Positions 1 through 9,095 of a stretch of 64,000 bases of DNA are shown here, one piece after another. The position numbers and the translations under genes are program-made. The notes below the pieces were generated by a model. The model was given only the letters and a program-made list of their open reading frames with translations. It searched no databases and was not told where the DNA came from. The DNA lies in sequence record MN445185.1; one strand, given 5' to 3'. The DNA is from Escherichia phage vB_EcoM_EC001. Within the stretch, counting starts at the first letter, position 1. Each line of letters starts with the position of its first letter.

Positions 1-60
1 TTGATTCATGGCCAGAAGGCATTGAGGAAAAATCGAAAACGCGAGTTGACTTCTAAGTAA
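1..60 (+). CDS. 3' end of an upstream gene (partial)
   Basis: Frame-1 reading ends at TAA 58-60 and is followed directly by a terminator hairpin. Confidence 0.3.
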   Translation: MIHGQKALRKNRKRELTSK

Positions 61-63
61 GCT

Positions 64-97
64 AGGCACTCTTCGGAGTGCCTATTATTTTTTTTCT
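64..97 (+). terminator. Rho-independent terminator
   Basis: Stem aggcactc / gagtgcct with ttcg loop, then a T-run. Confidence 0.7.
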
Positions 98-159
98 TTA
101 CGTATGCTCGCTATATTGTGACACCACTACAATTAATTAAACTTTTGGGGAAGAATAAA

Positions 160-783
160 ATGTTAAACTCAGTGGCGCTGGATGGTCCAGATTTTTCTGG
201 CAAATCAACACTCGCGAAAATGATTCAAGCGATGTTGCGCTCCGCTGGCGTTAATGTCATCATCGTCAATCACCCGACGAATACCACTGAAGCCGGTATT
301 AGTGCACGTTCTCTGGTTATCCAGCACGCTTCTAACGAACGCATTGCTAAAGCGATGTGTCTGGATTTCCAATACACGATGGATTTCGTTGTACCAGAGC
401 ACGATGTCGTTATTTTTGACCGTTTTTGTCAATCGACTATTGTCTACCAGGGCGTCGATGGTAAAGGGGAAGTTTTCCGTTCGCGGGTATTAGACCACAT
501 TAACGCACCAAAGCTTTACGTGGCAACCGATGTATCTTACGAAACCGCCACAGAACGCTTTAAGAAGCGCGTAGAGGCACAAGGTAAGAACTGGGATGAT
601 GAGGTACTGACAGCGAAGTATCTGCGCTCACAGACCGATTGGGACGCCTTACGCGACCATTACCGTTTTGCTTTCCACATCACCACAGATGGCGGCGATA
701 AGTTCCCGCTGATGCGTGTTACGGCTGACGACGATATAGCGTTACAAGCCGCGCGTATCGTTGAACGTATTCTGGCAGGTTAG
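160..783 (+). CDS. P-loop nucleotide/nucleoside kinase-like protein
   Basis: Walker A-like DGPDFSGKST near the N-terminus; ATG 160 has a GGGGA SD; track ORF begins at GTG 118. Confidence 0.6.
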   Translation: MLNSVALDGPDFSGKSTLAKMIQAMLRSAGVNVIIVNHPTNTTEAGISARSLVIQHASNERIAKAMCLDFQYTMDFVVPEHDVVIFDRFCQSTIVYQGVDGKGEVFRSRVLDHINAPKLYVATDVSYETATERFKKRVEAQGKNWDDEVLTAKYLRSQTDWDALRDHYRFAFHITTDGGDKFPLMRVTADDDIALQAARIVERILAG

Positions 784-788
784 TTGTA

Positions 789-827
789 CCCCTCTTACCT
801 TCGGGTAAGAGGGTATTGTCTTTTTTT
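789..827 (+). terminator. Rho-independent terminator
   Basis: Stem cccctcttacc / ggtaagaggg with ttcg loop, then a T-run. Confidence 0.75.
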
Positions 828-871
828 ACAGATCAGAACAGTCTTATGCTTTTTGCTTCCACTCCACTAAA

Positions 872-902
872 TTTCAGATATATATTACTTAGGTGAGAGT
901 TA
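872..902 (+). promoter_or_regulatory. Conserved 31-bp promoter-like motif, class 1
   Basis: tttcagatatatattacttaggtgagagtta is identical at 20662-20692; both copies sit after a terminator and about 45 bp before a start codon. Confidence 0.4.
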
Positions 903-947
903 CTACTAAACTCTCTAATCGACTATTAATCTAAAAGGAGTATTCTA

Positions 948-1313
948 ATGCGTTTTAAACATCAAACCGTTGTGTTGGCAAAGAAAGCGTTTTTGGTTCG
1001 TCTTTCTTACATTATTACTCGTGTCACTGCGAAGGACGTTACGCAGAAAGACATTGCGTTATTAGTAGGCTGCTCACCGTCACAAATATCTGCGATTAAA
1101 AATGAACGTGAGAAGGCCGTGACTATCGAAACATTGATGCGGGTTGCTGATACACTGCGCCTGAATTACGAAATCGTCTACCGTTCCATCAACGGCAAAT
1201 GCCGCCATAGCTTTAAAATTGAATCATGCATCGATTACATGAACAACTGTCCTATCCGGGTACGAGAAACAGGACTTAAAGTCATGGCACGTAAACCTTC
1301 TGCAGTAATGTAG
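948..1313 (+). CDS. Putative HTH (XRE/Cro-like) transcriptional regulator
   Basis: Helix-turn-helix-like segment QKDIALLVGCSPSQISAIKNE; AAGGAG SD. Confidence 0.6.
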   Translation: MRFKHQTVVLAKKAFLVRLSYIITRVTAKDVTQKDIALLVGCSPSQISAIKNEREKAVTIETLMRVADTLRLNYEIVYRSINGKCRHSFKIESCIDYMNNCPIRVRETGLKVMARKPSAVM

Positions 1314-1324
1314 GGAGCAAACGT

Positions 1325-1711
1325 ATGAATTGGTTTGTAAATGGTATCACCCGTCGCGTGATGACGGAAGAGGATGATCGATGTAAACATCTTAAAGTGG
1401 GCTCTATAGCCCCGCGCTATACGGCAGAGTGCGACCCATGGGGCCGCGAAACGTATTACATGTGCGAAGACTGCTGGGAAAAACTGCAGGCTGCAATTGC
1501 GGCGGAAGAAGTGGTCTGCGACGACTGCAAAGGTACCTTCCCGAAACGGGATACCGTTGAGTGGAAATGGTACGACTTTGACCCCAGTCAAGGGGATAAA
1601 GAACTCTGTATCTGTAATAACTGTGTGTCGTTACCGGTACATTTAAACCGTGTAGAGAATGACCGTCGGGCATTTGAACACGACTTTCCAGAAGCAACTT
1701 TCTGGGATTAA
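1325..1711 (+). CDS. Cys-rich zinc-ribbon-like hypothetical protein
   Basis: Paired CxxC motifs (CEDC, CDDC, CICNNC); GGGAG SD. Confidence 0.6.
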   Translation: MNWFVNGITRRVMTEEDDRCKHLKVGSIAPRYTAECDPWGRETYYMCEDCWEKLQAAIAAEEVVCDDCKGTFPKRDTVEWKWYDFDPSQGDKELCICNNCVSLPVHLNRVENDRRAFEHDFPEATFWD

Positions 1712-2243
1712 CTAGTGTAAACCTTAAGGAGTATATCATGGCGAAGGCCCCTAAAACTGTAGCAAAAGATTCAACGGCAAGCACCGCGACTAAATCTGCA
1801 AAAACGTCTACTACAGAATTTCCACGTTCACCTACCATTCCTAAACCGGATGTAATTGTACCAATCAGTGAACGTCTGAAAACGATTCACATCGAACGTG
1901 AATTTCCGATTGACCTTGGTCAGGAAATCGTTGCGGTTAATCTTGGTAGTGATGTCCGCTTTACTATCTACAAGGGATTAACTAGTGTAAACCTTAAGGA
2001 GTATATCATGGCGAAGGCCCCTAAAACTGTAGCAAAAGATTCAACGGCAAGCACCGCGACTAAATCTGCAAAAACGTCTACTACAGAATTTCCACGTTCA
2101 CCTACCATTCCTAAACCGGATGTAATTGTACCAATCAGTGAACGTCTGAAAACGATTCACATCGAACGTGAATTTCCGATTGACCTTGGTCAGGAAATCG
2201 TTGCGGTTAATCTTGGTAGTGATGTCCGCTTTACTATCTACAA
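1704..2243. repeat. Perfect tandem direct repeat, 2 x 270 bp
   Basis: 1704-1973 is identical base for base to 1974-2243, including the RBS, ATG and first 79 codons of the gene. Confidence 0.95.
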
Positions 2244-2664
2244 AGGCGCGCATCTGAACAACATGGTGCTAACCCGCGGTGATGAAGTTATCGGTCTGTC
2301 TCGTTACGACACGCAAATCGAAAACATCTATCCGGTGTTTGCAGTAGCGATGTTGCGTTTGTTCATGCAGGATAAAGCCGACCTTTGTGGTCAGCTTGCG
2401 GGTATGGCGGATCGTGTTGGTCATATTCTGCCGACGCTGGTGAAACTGTACCCAGTTACGATTGACGTGGCGTTTACTACTGTAGACAACAACCACGGTT
2501 ATATCGTGCTGACCAAAGACGGTAAAGTTATCGCTGGCAATCTGACTGATAACGAAGTGCAGAAACATATGGACAAATTTGCGTTCATGGTGAATCGCTT
2601 AGCGCACGTCAGTGTCAAACATTCCGAAACTTGGACGGCGCTTGCCTCCAAACCGGAACTGTAA
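1738..2664 (+). CDS. Hypothetical protein with duplicated N-terminal module (alternative start 2008)
   Basis: ORF reads through both repeat copies in frame; identical RBS and ATG at 1738 and 2008. Confidence 0.6.
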   Translation: MAKAPKTVAKDSTASTATKSAKTSTTEFPRSPTIPKPDVIVPISERLKTIHIEREFPIDLGQEIVAVNLGSDVRFTIYKGLTSVNLKEYIMAKAPKTVAKDSTASTATKSAKTSTTEFPRSPTIPKPDVIVPISERLKTIHIEREFPIDLGQEIVAVNLGSDVRFTIYKGAHLNNMVLTRGDEVIGLSRYDTQIENIYPVFAVAMLRLFMQDKADLCGQLAGMADRVGHILPTLVKLYPVTIDVAFTTVDNNHGYIVLTKDGKVIAGNLTDNEVQKHMDKFAFMVNRLAHVSVKHSETWTALASKPEL

Positions 2665-2667
2665 TCA

Positions 2668-2705
2668 TTAAGGGGTCTTCGGACCCCTTAATTTTTTGTC
2701 TTTTT
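2668..2705 (+). terminator. Rho-independent terminator
   Basis: Stem ttaaggggtc / gaccccttaa with ttcg loop, then a T-run. Confidence 0.75.
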
Positions 2706-2753
2706 ACGCATTATCCTCATGTTGTGACAGCAATACCTTTTGAGGGCATTACA

Positions 2754-3752
2754 ATGAAAACTGTGGCTAAATTGTTTCGCACCAGCATCCGCACTGCCGA
2801 GTTCCGAAATAACGTCGGTACCGATACTGTACGAGCACGCCGCCTAAAAGAGTTTCTAAAGGACGAGACTTATTCTGTTTACGTGGTGAAGAATAAAGAA
2901 ACCTGGGAGGGTTATTTAGTGGCCACCTATCGACACGGTGACCCTACACTAACCTGTCACTATTTTGAGGAGTTTGTACCTGGGGCGTTCGATAAAGTTG
3001 GTTTGGCCCTTGTGCTCGACCATACCGGATTCGAATATATGTCGTGCCCAGCACCTACTGACGATGTTGAACAAAAACTGGTCGAAAAAGGGTTTGTTCT
3101 TTCAGATATCGTTTGGGCATGTCATTCCAAACTGTTTGACAAAGTAATAACCGCACCGGAAATCAAGATTATTTCTGGTGATGCATACGCAGAACTTACC
3201 AAGGATGATAAAGACGTTATCCTGAATTTGATTAGCGGTGCAATTTGCGAAGAGCTAGAATACGATATGCGTGGCTACTATACGCACATTGGTCCGTTAG
3301 CAGAAACAGTAATAGCAAGAATTCAGCACGCTAATGTGGAGACTGCAATTTGGCGAGACGGTCATGATATCGTCGGTATTGCCCAGATGCGCTTGGTTAC
3401 ACCAGGCGTCGTTGAACTTTCTGGTTTAACCGTTGCACCCACGCACCGTAAACGTGGCATTGGTCGCCGGCTAATGGGCGCGCTATTCGATTTCGCACAA
3501 CGTCATTCCGACCAAGTCTATATTGAAACAGCTGCTGATAATAATCCAGCAAATCACCTGTATGGCAACATCTTACGTTGCAAGCAGGTACTGCGTACAC
3601 TAACGTTGAAACGCGATCCTGAACTTATTAGCTGGAAACGGGTGAATGGAAACCGCGCCGATCGTGTGCTGAAAGAAGAACCTAGCTTTCCGGTGGAGAC
3701 TACAACCAGGCTGACTATTAGTGATATGTTTCAATCTGGCATGAGAGGATGA
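2754..3752 (+). CDS. GNAT-family N-acetyltransferase domain protein
   Basis: C-terminal acetyl-CoA motif HRKRGIGRRLMG; GAGGG SD before ATG 2754; the track 5' extension from 2631 runs through the terminator. Confidence 0.7.
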   Translation: MKTVAKLFRTSIRTAEFRNNVGTDTVRARRLKEFLKDETYSVYVVKNKETWEGYLVATYRHGDPTLTCHYFEEFVPGAFDKVGLALVLDHTGFEYMSCPAPTDDVEQKLVEKGFVLSDIVWACHSKLFDKVITAPEIKIISGDAYAELTKDDKDVILNLISGAICEELEYDMRGYYTHIGPLAETVIARIQHANVETAIWRDGHDIVGIAQMRLVTPGVVELSGLTVAPTHRKRGIGRRLMGALFDFAQRHSDQVYIETAADNNPANHLYGNILRCKQVLRTLTLKRDPELISWKRVNGNRADRVLKEEPSFPVETTTRLTISDMFQSGMRG

Positions 3753-3758
3753 TAACGG

Positions 3759-4577
3759 GTGATAAGACCAATTTTAAAATGGATGGGTGGTAAGAGTCGT
3801 GTACTGCCCGAGCTGCTACAGGTGTTTCCGGATGCTGAGTATTTCGTTGAACCTTTTGTGGGCGCAGGGTCAGTGTTTTTAAACACTAAATACCCGAACT
3901 ATATTCTCGGCGACACGAACCCGGACTTAATCGAGTTACTGACCATGGCGCGCGATCGTCCGGAAGCGCTGATTCTGGAAGCAAAGGCGCTCTTTGCAAA
4001 TGGGACGGACCGCGGTCTGTACATGAAACGGCGTGAGGAATTTAACAGCGAGACAACCACGGGGAAACCTAATCTCCAGCGCGCCGCGATGTTCCTGTAT
4101 CTTACACGTCATGGTTACAATGGTTTGTGCAGATACAATCAGTCGGGTGGGTTTAACGTGCCCTATGGTCAACACCCGAACGGTGTCTATTTCCCTGAAG
4201 AGGAAATTCTGGCGTGGGCAAAACGTTGTTCGGAAACCAACGTCGAGCTGCTCTGCGCGGACTTCCGCGATATCCTAAATAAATGCCCATCTAACGCTGT
4301 GATATACGCTGACCCGCCCTATATCCCTCTTTCGGATACGGCTAAACACGCGCAGTATCACAGCAAAGAATTTTCACAAGCTGACCACCGCGAGTTAGCG
4401 AAACTTTTAAAACAACAAGCTGCCGATGGCAATAAGGTCGTTCTGTCAAACGCAGATACGTTACTCACACGCGATATTTATTACGGCTTTACTTGGCGCG
4501 AAGTTCAGGTAGGTCGATATATGTCTGCGGATGCGAATAAGCGTAAAGCGGTGACGGAGCTAATCGGCACCTTATAA
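3759..4577 (+). CDS. dam: DNA N6-adenine methyltransferase (Dam-like, D12 class)
   Basis: KWMGGK N-terminus, motif I FVGAGSVF and motif IV DPPY; GTG start. Confidence 0.85.
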   Translation: MIRPILKWMGGKSRVLPELLQVFPDAEYFVEPFVGAGSVFLNTKYPNYILGDTNPDLIELLTMARDRPEALILEAKALFANGTDRGLYMKRREEFNSETTTGKPNLQRAAMFLYLTRHGYNGLCRYNQSGGFNVPYGQHPNGVYFPEEEILAWAKRCSETNVELLCADFRDILNKCPSNAVIYADPPYIPLSDTAKHAQYHSKEFSQADHRELAKLLKQQAADGNKVVLSNADTLLTRDIYYGFTWREVQVGRYMSADANKRKAVTELIGTL

Positions 4578-4586
4578 GGTACCAAC

Positions 4587-5390
4587 ATGCAACTATTTAA
4601 TCTATACGGTATGGACAAAAATGACCTGACCGTAGAGTTTAGTGGTCGATTGACCACCTTGGGGCAACTCCGTGAACGGATTCAAGATTTGCGACCCGTC
4701 GCAGACCAAGAAGACGATCATTGGTTAGTGTTGAGCAATAGCGGTCGTGCGCAAATGTATTTTCGTGGATGTCGTTCAGGTATTGTTTACTACATCTACG
4801 AGTTGCACGTGCTTTCCGAGCCCCTGTTCCACGAGTGGAAGCGTTTAACGCGACTCCTGGAAGTGCAGATGCTCGATATTACCTGCTTTCCGCATGACAC
4901 TGAGCACGCAGCACTATACCAGCGCCTGGGGTTCGAAGCTGTAACGAAGCGTGTGGAGATTACTGTCAGTCCGAAATACGGCTTTACGTCAGACCCATCA
5001 GTTGTCCCGTTGGAGACATTGTCATTAGAACAAACCCAGGATGTTTGCTATCTGATGCGACCTACGCTAAAAGACGCAGGAACGCGTGAGATGTTGGGTG
5101 AATTAGCAAATGGTTTTGTCTCTGCGTTCGTGGGGTTGCACGGCCAGAAACCGTTTTCATTAATGCTTTATAAGGAATTCCCGAAGTGCATCATTACTGA
5201 GCAATTCTGCTGCCAAACTTTTGACCCGGTTGCTTACTCGGTAGAGTTTCTAAAACACTACCACGCTATTTTGCATTTGGCGGGACAGAAAGGTAAGAAG
5301 GTCAACATGGGTGTTGCGATAGAGCACGAGTTTCCTTCTATCGAAGGGTTAGAGTATCGTGTAATCACGCACCACTACACCCTTGCGTAA
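4587..5390 (+). CDS. Hypothetical protein
   Basis: Long ORF, tight spacing, AAGG SD. Confidence 0.6.
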   Translation: MQLFNLYGMDKNDLTVEFSGRLTTLGQLRERIQDLRPVADQEDDHWLVLSNSGRAQMYFRGCRSGIVYYIYELHVLSEPLFHEWKRLTRLLEVQMLDITCFPHDTEHAALYQRLGFEAVTKRVEITVSPKYGFTSDPSVVPLETLSLEQTQDVCYLMRPTLKDAGTREMLGELANGFVSAFVGLHGQKPFSLMLYKEFPKCIITEQFCCQTFDPVAYSVEFLKHYHAILHLAGQKGKKVNMGVAIEHEFPSIEGLEYRVITHHYTLA

Positions 5391-5399
5391 GGAGAGAAT

Positions 5400-6212
5400 A
5401 TGCTGAGAGTTATCGAACGCACGGAGAGGATTCTGGACCGAACGTGGTTGGAAGACCGTAAGGCGTTATCGTTGTTAAATGATATCGATCCTTCCACGTT
5501 ACAAGATGAACGTCGTCTTTACTACCGAATCTTTGAAGTGTTCAGTCGGGACACGGTTGAGCCTGACGCGATCGTGCTCTGTCTGGACCACGGATACATG
5601 TTAGAAGTTATCAATATGGTTCGTGCTTTAGACGCCCAGTTAACCTCGCTTGCGGATTCCTTACTTCGTGCAGCTGGGCGTAACTACGCGATGCATTTTA
5701 CTCGTTCTGAAGGGGACGAATATGCACGCATGGGCTTTTGTTGCGAAACGATAAACTACCGCAAAATTAATACATTGGTGCCTAGCCACGATGAGGATTT
5801 CTGTGGGGATGTCAGTTCGTTGTTCGATAGTAAGAAAGCGTTCTTGGATTGGGTTAGAATGCTTTACGGTAAAAGCTCTATCTACTCAACGCTCGTTACG
5901 GGCGGGAGGCTGATGTCGTGGCGAAACGCTGATAGCTACAAGTTGACAGTGCTTTCGCACCGTGGGCATCGCTGGGTTATCGGTGGATGGTTTACCGCAG
6001 AAGGGGTGGTTACTCTAAGCCGAGAGGAGTTCGGGCTGTTGATGCACTGTATCCAGTCTGAATTACCAGTGGGGGATGAACTGATTTACACCTACCACCA
6101 ATATACTGGGGGGCCTGCCGCAATGTGGTTATTAGAAAACGGTTGGCTACCCGAAAGTTATGTCTACGGACGTGCCCTGAAAACTACTAATGGAGAAAAT
6201 AATGCAAATTAA
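5400..6212 (+). CDS. Hypothetical protein
   Basis: Long ORF, AAGGAGAG SD. Confidence 0.6.
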   Translation: MLRVIERTERILDRTWLEDRKALSLLNDIDPSTLQDERRLYYRIFEVFSRDTVEPDAIVLCLDHGYMLEVINMVRALDAQLTSLADSLLRAAGRNYAMHFTRSEGDEYARMGFCCETINYRKINTLVPSHDEDFCGDVSSLFDSKKAFLDWVRMLYGKSSIYSTLVTGGRLMSWRNADSYKLTVLSHRGHRWVIGGWFTAEGVVTLSREEFGLLMHCIQSELPVGDELIYTYHQYTGGPAAMWLLENGWLPESYVYGRALKTTNGENNAN

Positions 6213-6480
6213 TCGTACAGTGTCGAAGTCTAAAGAAGTCGTTTACAACGTTGAAGACGGTGATGTAATGCAGTTCCGTGCCGTTATTGACGAACAGCAC
6301 GTACTCCAAGTTGTTTATTCGAAAGAAGAGATGACTCGTGCACATAGTCGCGTGTTGGAAAAACTCGTCGCGAAAGCCAAACAGCGCGACGGTATTAAAT
6401 CCTACAACGTCATGTACGGTTATCAGTTACGTGAGGTGGAAGGGGAGCTGTTAATCACCCCTGTTCCGGTAACGGCATAA
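6202..6480 (+). CDS. Hypothetical protein
   Basis: ATG 6202 with GGAG SD; track start 6190 is upstream in frame. Confidence 0.55.
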   Translation: MQINRTVSKSKEVVYNVEDGDVMQFRAVIDEQHVLQVVYSKEEMTRAHSRVLEKLVAKAKQRDGIKSYNVMYGYQLREVEGELLITPVPVTA

Positions 6481-6520
6481 TTCGCCATTGTATGACCCTT
6501 AAATACCGTTGAGGTTAACT

Positions 6521-7003
6521 ATGGATATGATCGAATTAGGTCAGCTCCCTCAGCACGATTTTGATTTAGGCGTGCGTCATGAGGAAGGGGCCGACGCGAA
6601 CACACTAATGGCCCGCTACTACGAGCTACTGACCGGTCAACCGTTGGACGATGAACACATCAACCGTTTTGAAAAACTGTTGGCACAACTCATCACCTCT
6701 AACGCAGAACGCATTGGCATGTTAAACGAAATGAACTTTGCTGATGTGGAGCCGTCTGACGCTCAGAAGATTCTTATCGATGGTCCTGTACCAAGCGATG
6801 AGGTACAAGACCTTCTGGCAGGTATCCGTGCAGGCTTCGATGAAGCTGCTGAGAAATACGCGGAAGAGCTGGCAGATGTCGATTTGGCTGCGCCGGTTGA
6901 CCCGAATCCGTCTGCAGAGGAGACTGCAGCTGCGAAATTGAAACTCGCACGCTTTATCTGTGCTGCTGTCCTGACAGACGACCGCGAAGAAAACCAACTG
7001 TAA
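6521..7003 (+). CDS. Hypothetical acidic protein
   Basis: ATG 6521 with GAGG SD; track used TTG 6509. Confidence 0.6.
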   Translation: MDMIELGQLPQHDFDLGVRHEEGADANTLMARYYELLTGQPLDDEHINRFEKLLAQLITSNAERIGMLNEMNFADVEPSDAQKILIDGPVPSDEVQDLLAGIRAGFDEAAEKYAEELADVDLAAPVDPNPSAEETAAAKLKLARFICAAVLTDDREENQL

Positions 7004-7008
7004 GGTCT

Positions 7009-7044
7009 ACCTCCTTGCCCATGGGTAAGGAGGTCCCTTTTTAT
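7009..7044 (+). terminator. Rho-independent terminator
   Basis: Stem acctccttgccc / ggtaaggaggt, then a T-run. Confidence 0.6.
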
Positions 7045-7099
7045 TTACATCAGTCCACTAACTTATGTGAAACAACCCACGTAATGAGGAATTAAGAGA

Positions 7100-7417
7100 A
7101 TGTGGTTAAGTGCTATTCATCGTGACCTGCCAAAACGTGAAGTGACTCTTTCTGTCGATGCGGAACCGATTACCGTTGGTGTCGCAAACTTCGACCGTAT
7201 GGAAGAAGGACAGTATGTCGTGGTGGACAACGATGAAAACGAATTCATGTTATTCCATCCCGAAGTTGATGCGTCTGAAATCCGCGAGGGTTCTATCTTG
7301 TTTTCTTGGCAAGACAAAGAAACTAAACAGTGGATGTGGTGCGTTGCTAACACAACCAATGAAAAAGGTACCGCGTATGCCCCAGGACAGCTTCATGTCG
7401 AACCTAAACCCCATTGA
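7100..7417 (+). CDS. Hypothetical protein
   Basis: GAGGA SD; protein-like composition. Confidence 0.55.
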   Translation: MWLSAIHRDLPKREVTLSVDAEPITVGVANFDRMEEGQYVVVDNDENEFMLFHPEVDASEIREGSILFSWQDKETKQWMWCVANTTNEKGTAYAPGQLHVEPKPH

Positions 7418-7709
7418 GCCCACGCTGACGCACCAGGAACTGCACGTCCGTTTTATTCGGGCGTTCACACCCCCGTTAGGTGGTGAGGTACACGATCGTT
7501 CCGTGGTTGCAGAAGTTAAAGGTATCGGCGAAGAACTAATGACACTGTCTAATATTGTGACGGGTGTTGAGTTCACGTTACCGTTAAACGTATTTCGGTT
7601 TATTCCGCGCGTAAACGAAACGCTGCTCATCGACCGTGTACATCATCGGATTATGGCGCAGGTACATCCTAGCCGTAAAGAGTATGTGCGCTTAGAGATG
7701 ATGGTCTAA
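7377..7709 (+). CDS. Hypothetical protein
   Basis: Protein-like C-terminal part of track ORF 7158-7709; start chosen at an internal ATG overlapping the end of the previous gene. Confidence 0.5.
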   Translation: MPQDSFMSNLNPIEPTLTHQELHVRFIRAFTPPLGGEVHDRSVVAEVKGIGEELMTLSNIVTGVEFTLPLNVFRFIPRVNETLLIDRVHHRIMAQVHPSRKEYVRLEMMV

Positions 7710-7717
7710 CGCACGAC

Positions 7718-7747
7718 TTTTCAGATAGATGTTATTTTACTGAACCT
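7718..7747 (+). promoter_or_regulatory. Conserved promoter-like motif, class 2
   Basis: tttcagatagatgttat then 5 nt then tgaacct, repeated at 16118-16146; extended -10-like TGnTATTTT. Confidence 0.4.
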
Positions 7748-7771
7748 AACTGTAAAGAAAGGAAAAAGTAG

Positions 7772-8077
7772 ATGGCTAAACAATACATAATTGTTAAACG
7801 CGCAGGTACGACTCTGCTGTACGTGGAGAAAGGTTGTGAGAACACTGCAACCGCCAAGAAACTGAATCTGCAAGGGTTTCTGTATCAAGGTCTCCGCGCG
7901 GGTTTGACCATCACTTTTAAAGGCTTACCACAGGCGAAGAATCTGCGCGTCGTACGTGCAGACGGTGTAGAGCGTGCCTTGGTAGCCGACACCCCGGTTG
8001 ATACTATCCCTGCCAGTAAGAAGGCAGCGAAAGCAACCAAGAAAGTCGACGATAAACGCAAACGCGTTGTCGCTTAA
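7772..8077 (+). CDS. Hypothetical protein with basic Lys-rich tail
   Basis: AAGGAAAAAG SD; ORF ends at a terminator. Confidence 0.6.
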   Translation: MAKQYIIVKRAGTTLLYVEKGCENTATAKKLNLQGFLYQGLRAGLTITFKGLPQAKNLRVVRADGVERALVADTPVDTIPASKKAAKATKKVDDKRKRVVA

Positions 8078-8083
8078 GTAGTC

Positions 8084-8124
8084 CCCTACCTAACTTCGGT
8101 TAGGTAGGGTTCTTTTTATTTTTA
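8084..8124 (+). terminator. Rho-independent terminator
   Basis: Stem ccctacctaac / gttaggtaggg with ttcg loop, then a T-run. Confidence 0.75.
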
Positions 8125-8143
8125 ACCCTCTGAGGGATATACC

Positions 8144-8596
8144 GTGTTTCAATGTTCAGTCGTCAATGATGCGGAATTGGCCGTGTACAAGCAGCGCACA
8201 ATCCGGGCGCTGGATGCTGAAAAACCAGTCGATGTTAAAACGCGTGCAATCATTAGGGCATTTAGCGAATGGCCGAACATCGCAACCGTTTGGGCATTCA
8301 CGGGAGAAGTTCGCAAAGACGGAGACAAGCTTCGTACACGTAGACACCACAGCTTAACATTTGTGGCAACCGAGGCGGGTCTTAAAGACATTAACCATTT
8401 ATTAGAAGGATGGCAGCCGCACGAGTACGGGAAACGTTTTCAGTTAAACTTTACTTGGCTGCGTCAAGAAGGCAATGCGAATCTCTGTTATCCAAGCTGG
8501 ACGTTTAGACTCAACTATCGACCCGACCCAGATGTGGTGGAAAGTGTGATGGAGCACTGGCTCGCACTCGCAATTTTTACAGAACACAACCATTAA
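8144..8596 (+). CDS. Hypothetical protein
   Basis: GTG start with GAGGG SD. Confidence 0.55.
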   Translation: MFQCSVVNDAELAVYKQRTIRALDAEKPVDVKTRAIIRAFSEWPNIATVWAFTGEVRKDGDKLRTRRHHSLTFVATEAGLKDINHLLEGWQPHEYGKRFQLNFTWLRQEGNANLCYPSWTFRLNYRPDPDVVESVMEHWLALAIFTEHNH

Positions 8597-8624
8597 ATGA
8601 AGACACCCTTAAGGAGAATTAAAG

Positions 8625-9095
8625 ATGCCAGTTTTATACGGCGGCGTGGACCTGGATGTTCTGGGTCGGTTTAAACTACGAACGTCTAAGGCGCTCGTAA
8701 ACGGTTGGGTTGAGAAAGGCGTACGGGATGCGTGTGAGGTCATTTGTAGTTATCCTGGTGCCACGACAATGTGGTCGTGTCATGGACACGGACCATATTC
8801 TAAAAAGAACACACCGGGGGAATTTCATGTGGTGTTCGTTCTTGGCATCGGCTTTGAACACAAAGCACATGAGCTTGTCGCTGAGTTAATGAAAGCGGAT
8901 ATTCCGCCACTGTGGGATTTGTGCATGGCGAGACTCTTGTACCCTGATGAGGATTTCGTCTACGACCTCAGCGAGATCACCCTGAAGAACACGTATAACG
9001 CATGGAAAATAACGTATCGGCATCTGCATACCGAACAAACTCTTCGCGAAATTCGTAAAGTATTCCACACTGTCTGTAAAAAGGTTTTTAACTAA
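8625..9095 (+). CDS. Hypothetical protein
   Basis: AAGGAG SD. Confidence 0.6.
   Translation: MPVLYGGVDLDVLGRFKLRTSKALVNGWVEKGVRDACEVICSYPGATTMWSCHGHGPYSKKNTPGEFHVVFVLGIGFEHKAHELVAELMKADIPPLWDLCMARLLYPDEDFVYDLSEITLKNTYNAWKITYRHLHTEQTLREIRKVFHTVCKKVFN

Noticed and set aside
2631-2753. 5' extension of the GNAT ORF
   Set aside because: The extension runs through the terminator hairpin at 2668-2705 and overlaps the previous gene; ATG 2754 has a GAGGG SD
7158-7376. N-terminal part of track ORF 7158-7709
   Set aside because: It overlaps gene 7100-7417 in another frame and its translation there is low-complexity and Cys/Trp-rich; only the part after 7377 looks protein-like
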